Both the position numbers and the translations under genes were made by a program. This document shows, one piece after another, positions 40,370 through 61,664 of a DNA stretch of 64,000 nt (positions are counted from its first letter, which is position 1; each line of letters begins with the position of its first letter). The notes under the pieces are model-generated. The model saw nothing but the letters and a program-made list of their open reading frames with translations, had not been told where the DNA came from and ran no database searches. The stretch comes from Salpingoeca rosetta (Eukaryota; Protista; Choanoflagellata). The stretch is from positions 163,049 through 227,048 of the forward strand of contig JAWQFM010000030.1 of assembly GCA_033442325.1 (NCBI GenBank), in the 5' to 3' direction.

Positions 40370-41663
40370 CTAGTTGGCGCCAAACGCGCGCTTGAGGAAG
40401 CGCAGGCGCTCGCCGGTGGCGGGCTTGGCAGCAGCGGCAGCGTCGTTCTGCAGCACAAACACGCGCGTGTCAAACATGGGCGTGACGTTGCGTGCATGCT
40501 TGGCCGTCGTGTCAGCCAGGTAGTGAATCCCACTCATGTACGCATGTGCAGAGCGCGGCGCTGCAAACTCCACCCGCTTGTATGGGCTTCCACCAAGCAG
40601 CTCAAGCCCAGAGCAGGGCGGGTTGACCCAGTTGGGGCTGACAAACACGACGGTGAGCGGACCCGTCGCCTCCGTGAGCATGTGCTCAACGTGCACCGCC
40701 GAGCGCTCAATGGCTTCCTCCGTGCACGGCGGGTGGCACTGCAGGGCGCCAGCGTCGGCAAGAAAGTCGCAGAAGCTGCCGACGGAGCCAAACACGGCGT
40801 CCGTATCCGGGAAGGCAGAGCAGTAGTTGCGGAAGAACGTGTTCATGGGGGACGTGCACAGCTGGAAACACACGCCAAACCACTCGTGCAGTGTGTGTAG
40901 CACAGAGGCGGGCACGGGCGCTTCAAACGACGCGCCAGGGGTCTGCGGCTGGCCGCCCATCATCGTCATGTAGCGGCGCAGCACGCAGTACATGCATGCA
41001 GGCAACGCAGACAGCGGCAGCCCGTGCCTGTCCTGATGCAACACGAAGAGGTTGCGCAATCGGTCGTACGCGTCCCGCGTGAGCACAAACGCATCGCCCG
41101 CAAACCGCACCGTCACCGACGACGACGACGACGATGACGATGATGACGATGATGGTGACGATGGTGATGGCGATTGCTTTGCAGTTGCTGTTGTCGCTGT
41201 TGTTGTTGTTGTTGTTGTCGCTGTGGTTGTCGTTGTTGCTGCAGGCGTTGCGGGTGTTGCACTACCACCATCACCATCACCACCCACCGTGTCAACACCA
41301 ACAATCTCCACGGCGGCCGTCAGCAGCTCGTCATCACTGACGCTCGTGTCGTCCGCACTTGGAAACTGCCATCCTTGTTTGCCACCGCTGCGGCGACCAG
41401 GGCGAGGAGGCAGCGGCGTGTCGACGCCTTGCATCCGCTTGGACGTGGACGTGGCTGGTGCTGATGTTGATGTTGATGCTGTTGATGATGACTGCGCGCG
41501 CTTGCGGAGCGCTGCGCGGACACCGCCCATCCTCTCATCGTCACCATCATCATCATCATCGTCGTCGTCATCATCATCATTGCCACCAACACCTTCATCA
41601 TCCTGCGCACTCGCTGCAACACCGGTATCAGGTCCTTCTTGTTGTTGCTGCTGTTGTTGCTGC

Positions 41664-41694
<31 letters not shown>

Positions 41695-44389
41695 CGACTC
41701 CGTCATCATCATCATCATCATCATCATCGTCACCTTGCATCGTGGTCGTCGTTCCCTCACCAGTGCTGTCACCAGCGTCAGTGCGCGCCGCCACTGCTGC
41801 CGCGTGCTGCTGCGCATATGCGTTGATGTCTGCAACCGTATCCCGCGCCAGCGCAACAAACCGCTCGCACACCAGCTCAACCTGATGGGTGCGGAGAGGC
41901 AGGAGAGGGAATGATAGTGGGGTGAAAGCATGTGGTTGTGAGGTAGGGAGAAGGATGGGTACGTGGAGCTACCTTTCAAGATAGTACGAGCACACACAGA
42001 CACAAACACACAAACACACACACACACAAACAAACAAACACGCACACAAACACAAACAAACAAACACAAACAAACACAAACACAAACACAAACACAAACA
42101 CACACGTACACGCACGCACACAAACACGCACAAACAAACAAACACAAACAAACAAACACAAACAAACAAACACAAACACAAACACAAACACACACCTGCT
42201 GATTGACGACGGTGGAGAAGAGAGGCGTGCACTCGTCGCGCAGGGCAACAAGGCGCGCATTTACCTTGGCCCGGTCACCACCATATCCTGTCGCATACAG
42301 CTCGTCCTCCGCTGCCTGCAGGCACGCTTCAATCGCCCGAGCCGTGGACGCGGGCAGCGACGGCACTGCACTAGCGGTGGTGGAGGTGGTGGCAGCGGCC
42401 TTGGTCATGTCTGCTTCTTCCTGCTGCTGCTGCTGCTGGTCTTGAGCCTCACTCTTCTTGTCTTCGGTTCCGGCTGTGTTCCCATCAACTTCATCACCGT
42501 CGTCACCAGCGTCCATGGCAGCAGCCGAAGTCGCGGTGGTGTCCGTGCTCGCCACTCCTCCCGCCTCCGCATGCTGCTGGGTGTTGTCCTCGTCGTCCTC
42601 CGTGCTTGCAAGCATTGCCAGCCACAGGCGCGCCTTGCGAATGTACTCGCGCAGTGTTGTGATGCCCTATCGGAAGTAATGAAACGCACACATGGGCGTG
42701 TTCGGAAGGAAATAGGAGGAGAGGGGTGTGACTCACGCGCACAGTTATATGCACACACACACACGTTTGCATGCCATCACAATCGCGCTCAAACAACAAT
42801 AGCCACACACATGCCAACACACACACGCATACACACTCACACAACCACAGGCACCATCTTGCGTACGTACAAAGTTGGTGTTGGTGAGGCTGTATGCGCG
42901 GATACGGCAGGGAATTTCAGCACGGAGTTCGCGACGGAGCGCCTCGCTCTCAACAGCACTGTGCACATCCCTGACAGCATGGTAGCGGCAGCGGTGGTGG
43001 CGGTGATGTGGGGGGGGGGTGGAAGGTGTCGATGTGTGTGAGCATGAGCACTGACGACACGGATGGTATGTCGGCAGGCGGGCGCGCAACGCACAAGCGC
43101 GCACACGCCAAAACCCATAAACATCGCAAACACGCTCACACATGTGCATCCCTTACATGTACGCAATAGATACACACGCAGGCACGCAGGCACGCAGGCA
43201 CACGCACACGCACACGCACACACGCACATATACAACCATACACGCACACGCGCATACACAGACACGCACACACGCCCGCACGCCCGCACGCCCGCACGCC
43301 CGCACGCCCGCACCTCAGGATGGGGTCGTCAAAGGGCCCTGGGCAGGTGACCATCTCCATGAGCCAGCGGTAGAAGACAATGCGAGGGGGAGTGATGTGC
43401 AGCTCCGCCTGACACAGGTCGACAAACGCCCGGTTCAGGCGCCGAATCGCACGTGCGCGCTTGTACTCCACGGCGGGCACAGGCTCCACACTGTTGTAAG
43501 GGAGGGGGACCAGAGGCGGCGGTGAGCGCCAGGTGCTTGTGGCGTGAGCAGTGCTCCCTTCGCAATACATATGAGCAACTGGACATGCCACAAGCTGAAA
43601 GACCACATCACACCCTACGCCGCACACTGGCACGTCCGTTCTGTCACGAGACACACACGCACACACAAGCACACACAAGCACACACAAGCACACACACAC
43701 ACGCACACACACACACACACATGCACACGCACACACATACATGCACACGCACAGGCACACACACACACACACGCGCACACTCACGCACAATTCGGATGGG
43801 ATGGCGGCGCTGGTGACCACGACGTTGTTCTCAGCATCAAATGCGTGCGATGCGACCTTGCTGCGACGACCCAGGACATCTCTCAAGTCAGCACGCTGTG
43901 AGTAAGAAGGCGGGTTGTGGGCGGAAGAAAGACGGGGTGGCGTGAGCGTGTGTGACAAGTGGGAGGTGTGCGAATGCACATCTCGTGCAGCATGCGTTGC
44001 GCACGTTTGTGTATTGAAAGGAGGCAAAACACCTCACGCACACCCAAACACACACACACAAGCACACACTCTCACACACGCTCATACCCATACAAACACA
44101 AGGTTTCTCTCTTTGCACTCACTGGGGCACTTGAGCGTGAGGGAACTGAAAAGGCGCCGCCTTGCTTCTGCCGCTCCTGGCGCATGCGGTTGTGGTGCGT
44201 GCGCCGCGCCCGCTTTGTGGGCAGCGCGTCGTCATCATCGCCATCGTCCATGGTGTTGTCGGCATGACGCCGGCGAGGCTTGACATCACCAGACAGCCGT
44301 GCAAACACAGATACCCGGCCACCTTGCTCTTCCTCGTCGTCGTGACCACCACTGCCACCAGAAGCCGCAACACGGGTGCTGTCGGCCAT
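40370..44389 (-). CDS. PCIF1: PCIF1/CAPAM-like cap-adenosine N6-methyltransferase homolog with a degenerate catalytic motif
   Basis: About 6 exons. Helical domain PPRIVFYRWLME...DPIL...LRRELRAEIP. MTase domain YCVLRRY, LHEWFGVCFQLCTSPMNTFFRNYCSAFPDTDAVFGSVGS, QCHPPCTEE, PLTVVFVSPNW, HAYMSG. The canonical NPPF reads HPPC at 40724-40735. Confidence 0.85.
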
Positions 44390-44754
44390 GGCTGCTGCTG
44401 CTGCTGCTGTCGCTGCTACTCTGTCGTTGATCGATGAGATGGTGTGTGCGTGGATGGTGGTGCGTTCGCTGTTGCTGTCTCTGGTTGGTGGCAGTGGTGG
44501 GAATGGGGAATTTTGTTGGAAAACTTGAACCAATTTTCGGCAATGAGCGGAACGTGCTGACCTTTGGTGGAAGATCGCACAATCACACACGCTCACGCAC
44601 ACACGCACACGCACACACGCACACTCGCACACACTCTCTCACACTCTCGCACGCTCACGCACTCGCACGCTCACGCACTCACACTCTCTCACATACTCGC
44701 ACGCTCACTCAATCGCACGCTCACTCTCTCTCATAATCACACAAGCACACACAT

Positions 44755-46056
44755 ATGTGGCGGCTGTCGTGGTTGGTGCTGCTGGTTCTTGTGGCGTCGC
44801 CACAGCTGGGCGTGCTTGTCGTTGTGCACGGAAACGACGAAGACCATCAAGAGGCTGCGGCAGACGGCACAGCGCTGCTGGTGGAGGATGAGTTTGGGGA
44901 CGTGCACATGAACACGACGACACAGGGTGCGCGCGTGTTTGTCAACGGCGTCGATGTGTTGCAGACCATCGACACGCTCGAGTCGTCCATTCGCTTCATG
45001 GAGGCCACCCTAACATGGACGCTGGAGGGTGTGTGTCCGAGCGATTTCGCCTCCCACCAGCTGGATCAGGACACCATCCCCTTTCCAGCATCACAGCAAG
45101 ACACGCCGGCCTCCCACGGGCTCTGGTGGGGTGGCGTGGCTGCGAGCAACGGCCTCATCTACGCAACGCCGTCGCAGTCGGATTCCGTGCTCATCATCGA
45201 CCCCGCCACTGGCGCCGTGGACGCCACCACCATCACGGGCCTCACGACCGCCTTGGGGAAGTGGATTGGCGGGCACGAGTCCAATGCCACCAGCTTCATC
45301 TACTGCGTGCCGCAATACGCCACCTCCGTGCTCATGATTGACCTGCGCACCAACACCGCCATCACCACCGCCATTTCGGGCCTGCCCGTGCACACCGACA
45401 AGTGGCGCGGGAGTGCCATGGCCGAGGACGGGCGCATCTTCGCAGCGCCGTCGTCGTACTCGGCAATCCTCATCATCGAGCCGGAGTTCAACCGCGTTGA
45501 CTACACCACCATGGCAGGGTTTGACGGCACCGTGTTCAACAAGTGGAACGACGCCGTGCTTGCAGGCAACGGCAAGATCTACTGCATCCCCGCCAACGCC
45601 GACAGCGTGCTCCTCATCGACCCGGCAACCAACACGTTTGACGCGACGTCCATCGTGGCGTCTGGCCCAGGGTTCCAGGAGTGGGGATTCGGCGTACTTG
45701 CAGGGATCAACGGCAAGATCTATGGCATGCCCTACGATGCAGACAGCGTCCTCATCATTGACCCTGCCACGGACACAGTCGACACCACGACAATGAGCGG
45801 TGTTGGGAACACGCCAAACAAGTGGCTAACTGGTGCAAGTGCAGCAAACGGTCTCATTTACGCCTTTCCAGCAAGCGACGTGTCATCCGTGCTCATCGTT
45901 GACCCGACGTCAGACACGTTTGACAGCACATCCGTGTCCTCGCTCCCAAGTGGAAACTTTCAATTCTCAACCGTGGCCGCACGCAACGGTAATGTGTATG
46001 GGATTCCCTTCTTAGCACGCTCCATTCCCGCCCTCCACACAACATGCACTCTTTGA
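44755..46056 (+). CDS. Intronless secreted protein with an N-terminal helical module and seven ~46-aa repeats (probable 7-bladed beta-propeller)
   Basis: Single 433-aa ORF with a signal-peptide-like start (MWRLSWLVLLVLVA) and repeats of W-x-G-x-V-L-A-x-N-G-K-I-Y-x-x-P-x-x-A-D-S-V-L-I-I-D-P-A-T. No microsatellites inside the ORF. Confidence 0.85.
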   Translation: MWRLSWLVLLVLVASPQLGVLVVVHGNDEDHQEAAADGTALLVEDEFGDVHMNTTTQGARVFVNGVDVLQTIDTLESSIRFMEATLTWTLEGVCPSDFASHQLDQDTIPFPASQQDTPASHGLWWGGVAASNGLIYATPSQSDSVLIIDPATGAVDATTITGLTTALGKWIGGHESNATSFIYCVPQYATSVLMIDLRTNTAITTAISGLPVHTDKWRGSAMAEDGRIFAAPSSYSAILIIEPEFNRVDYTTMAGFDGTVFNKWNDAVLAGNGKIYCIPANADSVLLIDPATNTFDATSIVASGPGFQEWGFGVLAGINGKIYGMPYDADSVLIIDPATDTVDTTTMSGVGNTPNKWLTGASAANGLIYAFPASDVSSVLIVDPTSDTFDSTSVSSLPSGNFQFSTVAARNGNVYGIPFLARSIPALHTTCTL

Positions 46057-46071
46057 CTGGTTTAGGCTAGC

Positions 46072-46072
<1 letters not shown>

Positions 46073-46154
<82 letters not shown>

Positions 46155-46161
46155 GGGGAGG

Positions 46162-46230
<69 letters not shown>

Positions 46231-46237
46231 GGGGAGG

Positions 46238-46284
<47 letters not shown>

Positions 46285-46354
46285 TGGGGTGTGCATTGGT
46301 GTGTGGTGTGTGTGTGTGTGTGCGTGTGTGTTTGTGGGGTGTGCATTGGTGTGT

Positions 46355-46402
<48 letters not shown>

Positions 46403-47003
46403 GTGGGGGTGTGCATTGGTGTGTGGTGTGTGTCTGTCTATGGCTGTGTCTGTGCAATAGTGTGTGACTGGATTTCTCGTCTTCTGGACATTAAAGCGCT
46501 CGTGTATTCGACCAAACTGGTGATATACTTTCCCCCATGCACGTGACAAAGCAAATCAACCATCAGTATGCATGCACACGTGTCAAACGATTCGCACTTG
46601 GAAAACACGCACACACACACACACACACACGAAACACACACACACACGAACACACACAAACAGACACACACACACACACACGAACACACACACACACACA
46701 CGAACACACACAAACACACACACATACAAACACACACGAAACACACGAACACACAGACACACACACACACATACAAACACACACACACACACGAACACAC
46801 ACACACACACACGAACACACACAAACACACACACATACAAACACACACGAAACACACGAACACACAGACACACACACACACATACAAACACACACGAAAC
46901 ACACGAACACACACACACGAAACACACACACACACGAAACACACACACACACACGAAACACACACACACACACGAACACACACAAACACACACACAAACA
47001 CAC
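46073..47003. repeat. Compound (TG)n block and (CA)-rich block with higher-order units between convergent stop codons
   Basis: 46073-46440 is (TG)n with repeated TTGGGGAGGGTT (x2) and GGGGTGTGCATTGGTGTGTGG (x3). 46604-47003 is CA-rich with recurring ACACGAA/CATACAAA units. Confidence 0.9.
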
Positions 47004-47058
47004 TGCCGTCTCACCACCACCACCACCACCACCACCATCACTGCCACCACGTTCATCG

Positions 47059-55891
<8,833 letters not shown>

Positions 55892-56597
55892 GGTGCAGAT
55901 GTTGTGTGGCTGAAGAGTGTATCAGCACACGTGACCTTGTGGTTGACAGGGTTGAAGGCAAGTATGCGTGTGCTGTCGTTGTCGTCGTCGTCGTGACAAA
56001 GCCACTTAAAGGTACTGCCTGCCGTGGTGTTGTTGTCTGCTGCTGCTGCTGCTGCCTGCTGTTGCCTGCTGTTGTTGCTCGTTGCTGTTGCCTGCTGTTG
56101 TTGCTGCTCGTTGCTGGAGTATTGCTGGTGGTGAACGTGGATGCAACAGGCATCCGTGTCGAGTCAACTCGAAGCTGCCGTAAAGCCGTTCGGAGCTCGC
56201 AATAACTGTGCGATAACACGTAGCTTGTTGAGTACACTGGTCTTGCTTGGAGAAGGTCGAGCTGTTGAATAAAGGAAAATGAAACGGAAATCAACGCCGA
56301 AGCATCAGAAGAGGGAAAGCACAGATTGCGGCGTAATGCCATGTAAAATAAGTGTGTGCGTGCGTGCGTGTGTGCGTGTGCACGTGTCAGTGAGTAGGTG
56401 TGTGTGTGTAAATGAGACCATAGGTGTGTCACGTGTGCCCATGGGAGGAGTATGTGTGTGGCGTGTTTGTGTGTGTATCGTGAAAGTGTGGCTTGAGATG
56501 CGGGAGGAGTTGTGTCGTGGAGGAGCGGGTTGAGGTGAATGGGAATGTGGTGATTGTGCAGTGCGTTCATGAATAGGAACGCAAGTCACGCAAAACG

Positions 56598-56700
56598 GCA
56601 AGCAAGCGGGCGAAACAACTCTGTCAAGCGGGGCAAGCGAAGCAAGCGAAGCAAGCGGGGCAAGCGGGGCAAGCTAGCTGCAACCCTGGGTGCAGCAGGC
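56598..56700. repeat. GCAAGC short tandem motif cluster in the divergent HD/GH125 intergenic region
   Basis: caagcggggcaagcgaagcaagcgaagcaagcggggcaagcggggcaagc read directly. Confidence 0.75.
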
Positions 56701-57732
56701 TAGCAGGCTGCAACCATGCTCACATGCAAAGCAGCACGACCCATGCCGGCGAGCCAGCCACCCGACATTTCGTTCGAAGAAACTCAACCACGCAGCACGC
56801 GCAACACGCGCAACGCATGCACCGCACGCAACGCATGCACACGCGCAACAGGCGCACTAACCTCTGTGATAGGCAGGCGAGTTGGTGTGAACACGGGCAA
56901 GGCCGCAAGAACCTAGCTTTCCAGCTGGAATGGCAAGCAACTTGACAGGCCAATCAAGGCCCAGCTTGGGGCGGACTGGGAGAGGGGACAACCCCGCTAG
57001 TTGGCCTATTAATTGCCGAATTGTCGACAGGTATTGGCGATGGCTGGTGATCAGTGTCAGCGATCTTAGGTGGTGGTGAACAAAGGTTGTGGGTGTGGGG
57101 ATACAATGATGCAAGTCCTCTCCCCCTCTGCAATGCAAGCAACAAGCTAGAGCTGGGTGGTGCGACTTGGACTTACCACCTCAGCTTGGTGGCTTGACCT
57201 CCCCGACCTTGTGCACGATAGGTCGCGCGAGTGTGTGACGGTATATGAGGGTGGTTCCTGTGGTGTGTGGTTGAGGTGCTCAGTGCGCATGATGGGTGGA
57301 AGTGAATAAAGGTGCACCGACAAGTATGTGACATCCGGATGGTGCAGGCAAAAGGAAAACAAAGGGGAGAGAGGCACGGCGGCGGTTGTTGTTTGTGAGA
57401 GAGTGTGTGTGAGTGAGAGAGGCACACATGATGACAAAGCAAAGCAAGAACAAGCACAAAGCACAAAGTGGCCCCAACCCCTGGGCACGGCGGGCTGCAA
57501 CAATTCTTAAGTGCTGGAACATTGCGAGCGAACTGCGTGCGAGGTGGCGCAGCATTGTCCCAACGACCGACCGGTGCGAGGGTTGGGTGCCATGACGTAT
57601 GTTGGCCAGCGGGAATCTGTGTGGTGTGCGCTAGGTCGTGTTTTGTTGCGCCGCAAACGTGCAATCAACGACAACAGGACGCAAGGGGGCAAGAGAGGAC
57701 GCAATCGCGCGCAGGATGATTAAAAAACGCAG

Positions 57733-58998
57733 ATGACATCATTTCGGTTGTGGTTGTTTTGTGCTGTCGCTTGCTGCGCCCGCGCGATGGTGGGCCGATC
57801 GTTGCGGCTGTTGTGGCTGCAGCAGCGGCGTGCAGTTGTTGTTGTTGTGGTTGCTGCTGTGGCGGCAGTGGTGCTGCTTGCGACCGTGGCGTTTGTGTTT
57901 GGCCTCCAGGGCCAGGGACCAGCAGGAGCAGGTGATGCGAGCAGTGGAAGCAGGGGTCGTGCTGACGGCGGTGCAAATGTGGCTGCGCACATCTTCGCGG
58001 ATGCTCAGCTCGAGGAGCGAGATGATCGGCGTGTGCTGGCAAGGCTGATTGACTCCGTGGAGAGCATGGCAGACACGGCACAAGGCATCCGCCACGCTCT
58101 TGAGAAGGACCCTGTCATGGCGCAGCAGCCAAGACAGCAGCAGCAGAGCTTACAGGTGAGTCGTAGTGCTGTTCTGAACATGAACGAGGGTGTATGTATA
58201 TGTGTGCGTTTGTGTGTGTGAGTCTGTGTGTGTGCGTGTGTGTCTGTGTGTGTGTCTGTGTTTGTGTGTCTCTGTGTGTGTGTGAATGGGTGTGCGTATC
58301 TGTGTGTGTTTGTTTGTGTGTGTATGTGTCTGTGTGTGTTGGGGGAGAAGCAGAGAGTGCACAGTTATGATTATCAACGTAGACACACGATTACACACTG
58401 CATACACACATACACACATGCACACATGCACACGCTTGTTTGCTTTCGTTAGATCAGCGCACACCAGGAAGTGCGCACACCGCCACATGTACACCAGCCA
58501 CAAGCAGTGCAAGGGCATGGTGAGGATGGCAGTCCTCAGCAGCGGGATGATGCTGAAGTGGCCATTCGGAAGGCAAACAAGAAAGGCCCGCCAAAGCACC
58601 GTGCAATGTGGGTTTGACGTGTGCGTGCGCTATATGTTGGCAGTGTGTGTGTGTGCGTGTTGCAGTGTGTGTGCGTGTTTGTGTGTGTGTGTTGTGTAAC
58701 GTTTGCAGTGTCCGTGTGTCGTGTGTAGTGGGTAATGTAGTGTTTGCAGTGTGAAGTGTGTTTGGACAGACAGACAGACACACACACACACGCGCGCCTT
58801 TTGTTTGTTCATGGCTCATGTGTGTTAATTCCGGCACCCCGCTTGTGTGCCAACTGCAGTGTTGAGGGCGTCCCTGTCAGCTGGCAAGTCGTGCAGATGT
58901 GCCGAACTGCACTGTGGGATGCGCTTCGCTCCTGCACCACTGTACGTCCATATGCATATGCGTGTGCGTGTGTGTGTGTGTATGTGTGTGTGTGTGCA

Positions 58999-59090
<92 letters not shown>

Positions 59091-59541
59091 GTAATGGTGC
59101 ACGTGGCAATGGTTCCTGCTGTAACCTTGAGGACCAAGTGATGCACCAACGCGCTGGCTGCAGTATCCACCGTCCTTACACATCATCATGATCATCACAT
59201 TTATTGCCTTCATCACCACGTCCATCACCACCACGACTATTGCCATCATCGCCACGACTATCGCACATCAGTTTCTGCCGCCTTCGCACCCCGAAGCCGT
59301 GCACGGCGATGCGTTTGTCATCACTGGCGATATTGATGATCTGTGGCTGCGTGACAGTGCTGCTCAGGTCCACCCATACATACCCATGACGCCCCACAAC
59401 GCCACGCTCGCTCGTCTTGTGGAGGGCCTGGCGCATCGTCACGCGTTTTACATCGACTATGAACCATACGCAAACGCATTCAGGTCTGTGCTGTGATGTG
59501 ATGTGATGTGATGTGTGTGTGTGTGAGCGTGTGTGTGTGCA

Positions 59542-59573
<32 letters not shown>

Positions 59574-59601
59574 GCAGTGTGTATGTATGTGCACAGTGTG
59601 A

Positions 59602-59642
<41 letters not shown>

Positions 59643-60027
59643 ATGATGTGTGCATTTGCGAGCACATGTGCTCAGCATACCCACCTCGACCACCACCGCT
59701 CACGCCACTCATTCCATCCCGCAATCAACCACTGCAACGATGACGATGAAGGCTGGACACCAACTACAAGTTCTCTGATACGCAAAAGGCGCTTGGTCGA
59801 CACGGATACATCAGCACGTTCGATTACGAGCTGGGTGAGGCAAATCACATCATTCATGATTATGGCACAGGGATGTGCGATGATTGATGCGGGTGATGTG
59901 CCGGTTCAAGGGAGGGCCGTCTCGCTGAAAACGAGGGCGTGCTTGTCACCAGCCATGTGAAACGGCGCAACCCAAGACCTCAACTCAACACACACATTCA
60001 CACGCATTACAAAATGTGCTTCGCGGG

Positions 60028-60113
<86 letters not shown>

Positions 60114-60545
60114 GCACGCACACACACACACACACACACACTCACACCCGAATTGCATCTTAGATTCCGGCTGCTACTTTCTCCGCATGCTTCACGCCTA
60201 CTGGCGCGCAAATCCAAAACGCGGACAGGCCCTGATTGCGTCATCGGACGTGAAACGCGCCGTCATCACGCTGCTGGATGTGTGGACCGCAGGTGTGCAC
60301 ATGGAACAAAAGAGGCGATGTGTGCGGTGTGTGTGTGTGTGTGTGTGTCTGCGTGTGTGTGTTTGAAAGGGTTGTGCGGGTTGCAGGTTTGGGTAGTGTT
60401 GTATACTTTGTGTCAGGAAGTGCACTAAGCTTTGCACACAACAACAACAACAACGACGACAACAACAACAACAACAACGACAACACCAACAACAACAACA
60501 ACAACAACAAATACAACAAATACAACAAATACAACAACAAAAAAT

Positions 60546-60581
<36 letters not shown>

Positions 60582-60589
60582 CCAACACC

Positions 60590-60623
<34 letters not shown>

Positions 60624-61194
60624 CTGCACCCCTTCCAAATCACCAAATTGTTCAGAACAGCGCCACGAGGAGGACCACACTGCCCCCGACCGCGGCCTAT
60701 ACCGCCGTCCATATGTTCCGAGCGAACCAGGGAAACCATGGACAGGTTTCAAGGGCCTGCCACGCGATGGCAAGGGCACGCCAGTCGCCTATACGGGTAC
60801 GGTGAAGGGGGAAACATGTAGTAATGTGCAAGTTAATGCGTTCATGCGTGTGTGTGTGTGTGTGTGTGGTTGCACGTCGTGTCGTTGTGTGGCTGGTTGT
60901 GGATGTATGCGTGTGTTGTGTATCTTTGCATGTCGTTGTTCGTTTTGCTATGATTCCCTTGTGGCGTGAGCAGCTTCAAACGCGCGCGTACGTGTGTGCA
61001 CATTCCTCACACCTGCTGTTTGAACGGATTTGTTTGTTGCTTGCAGGCATGACCTGGTCCGCGTTTCGGCCGTCTGACGATGAACAGCAATACGGTGTGC
61101 ACGTGAACCTGTTTGTTCTGATTGTGTATTTGCTCTGTTGATTTGCTCTGCTCGCTTACATTTCTTCTCGTGTGTGTGTGTGTGTATGTGTATC

Positions 61195-61237
<43 letters not shown>

Positions 61238-61624
61238 NNNNNNNNNNNNNNNNNNNNNNNNNNNNNNNNNNNNNNNNNNNNNNNNNNNNNNNNNNNNNNN
61301 NNNNNNNNNNNNNNNNNNNNNNNNNNNNNNNNNNNNNNNNNNNNNNNNNNNNNNNNNNNNNNNNNNNNNNNNNNNNNNNNNNNNNNNNNNNNNNNNNNNN
61401 NNNNNNNNNNNNNNNNNNNNNNNNNNNNNNNNNNNNNNNNNNNNNNNNNNNNNNNNNNNNNNNNNNNNNNNNNNNNNNNNNNNNNNNNNNNNNNNNNNNN
61501 NNNNNNNNNNNNNNNNNNNNNNNNNNNNNNNNNNNNNNNNNNNNNNNNNNNNNNNNNNNNNNNNNNNNNNNNNNNNNNNNNNNNNNNNNNNNNNNNNNNN
61601 NNNNNNNNNNNNNNNNNNNNNNNN

Positions 61625-61664
<40 letters not shown>

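Noticed and set aside
46150-46245. TTGGGGAGGGTT units as telomeric repeats
   Set aside because: Only two dispersed copies inside (TG)n, not a tandem telomere array.
56910-57152. Possible MITE bounded by CTAGCTT...AAGCTAG
   Set aside because: The inverted match is only 7 bp, with no convincing target-site duplication and no second copy in the window.
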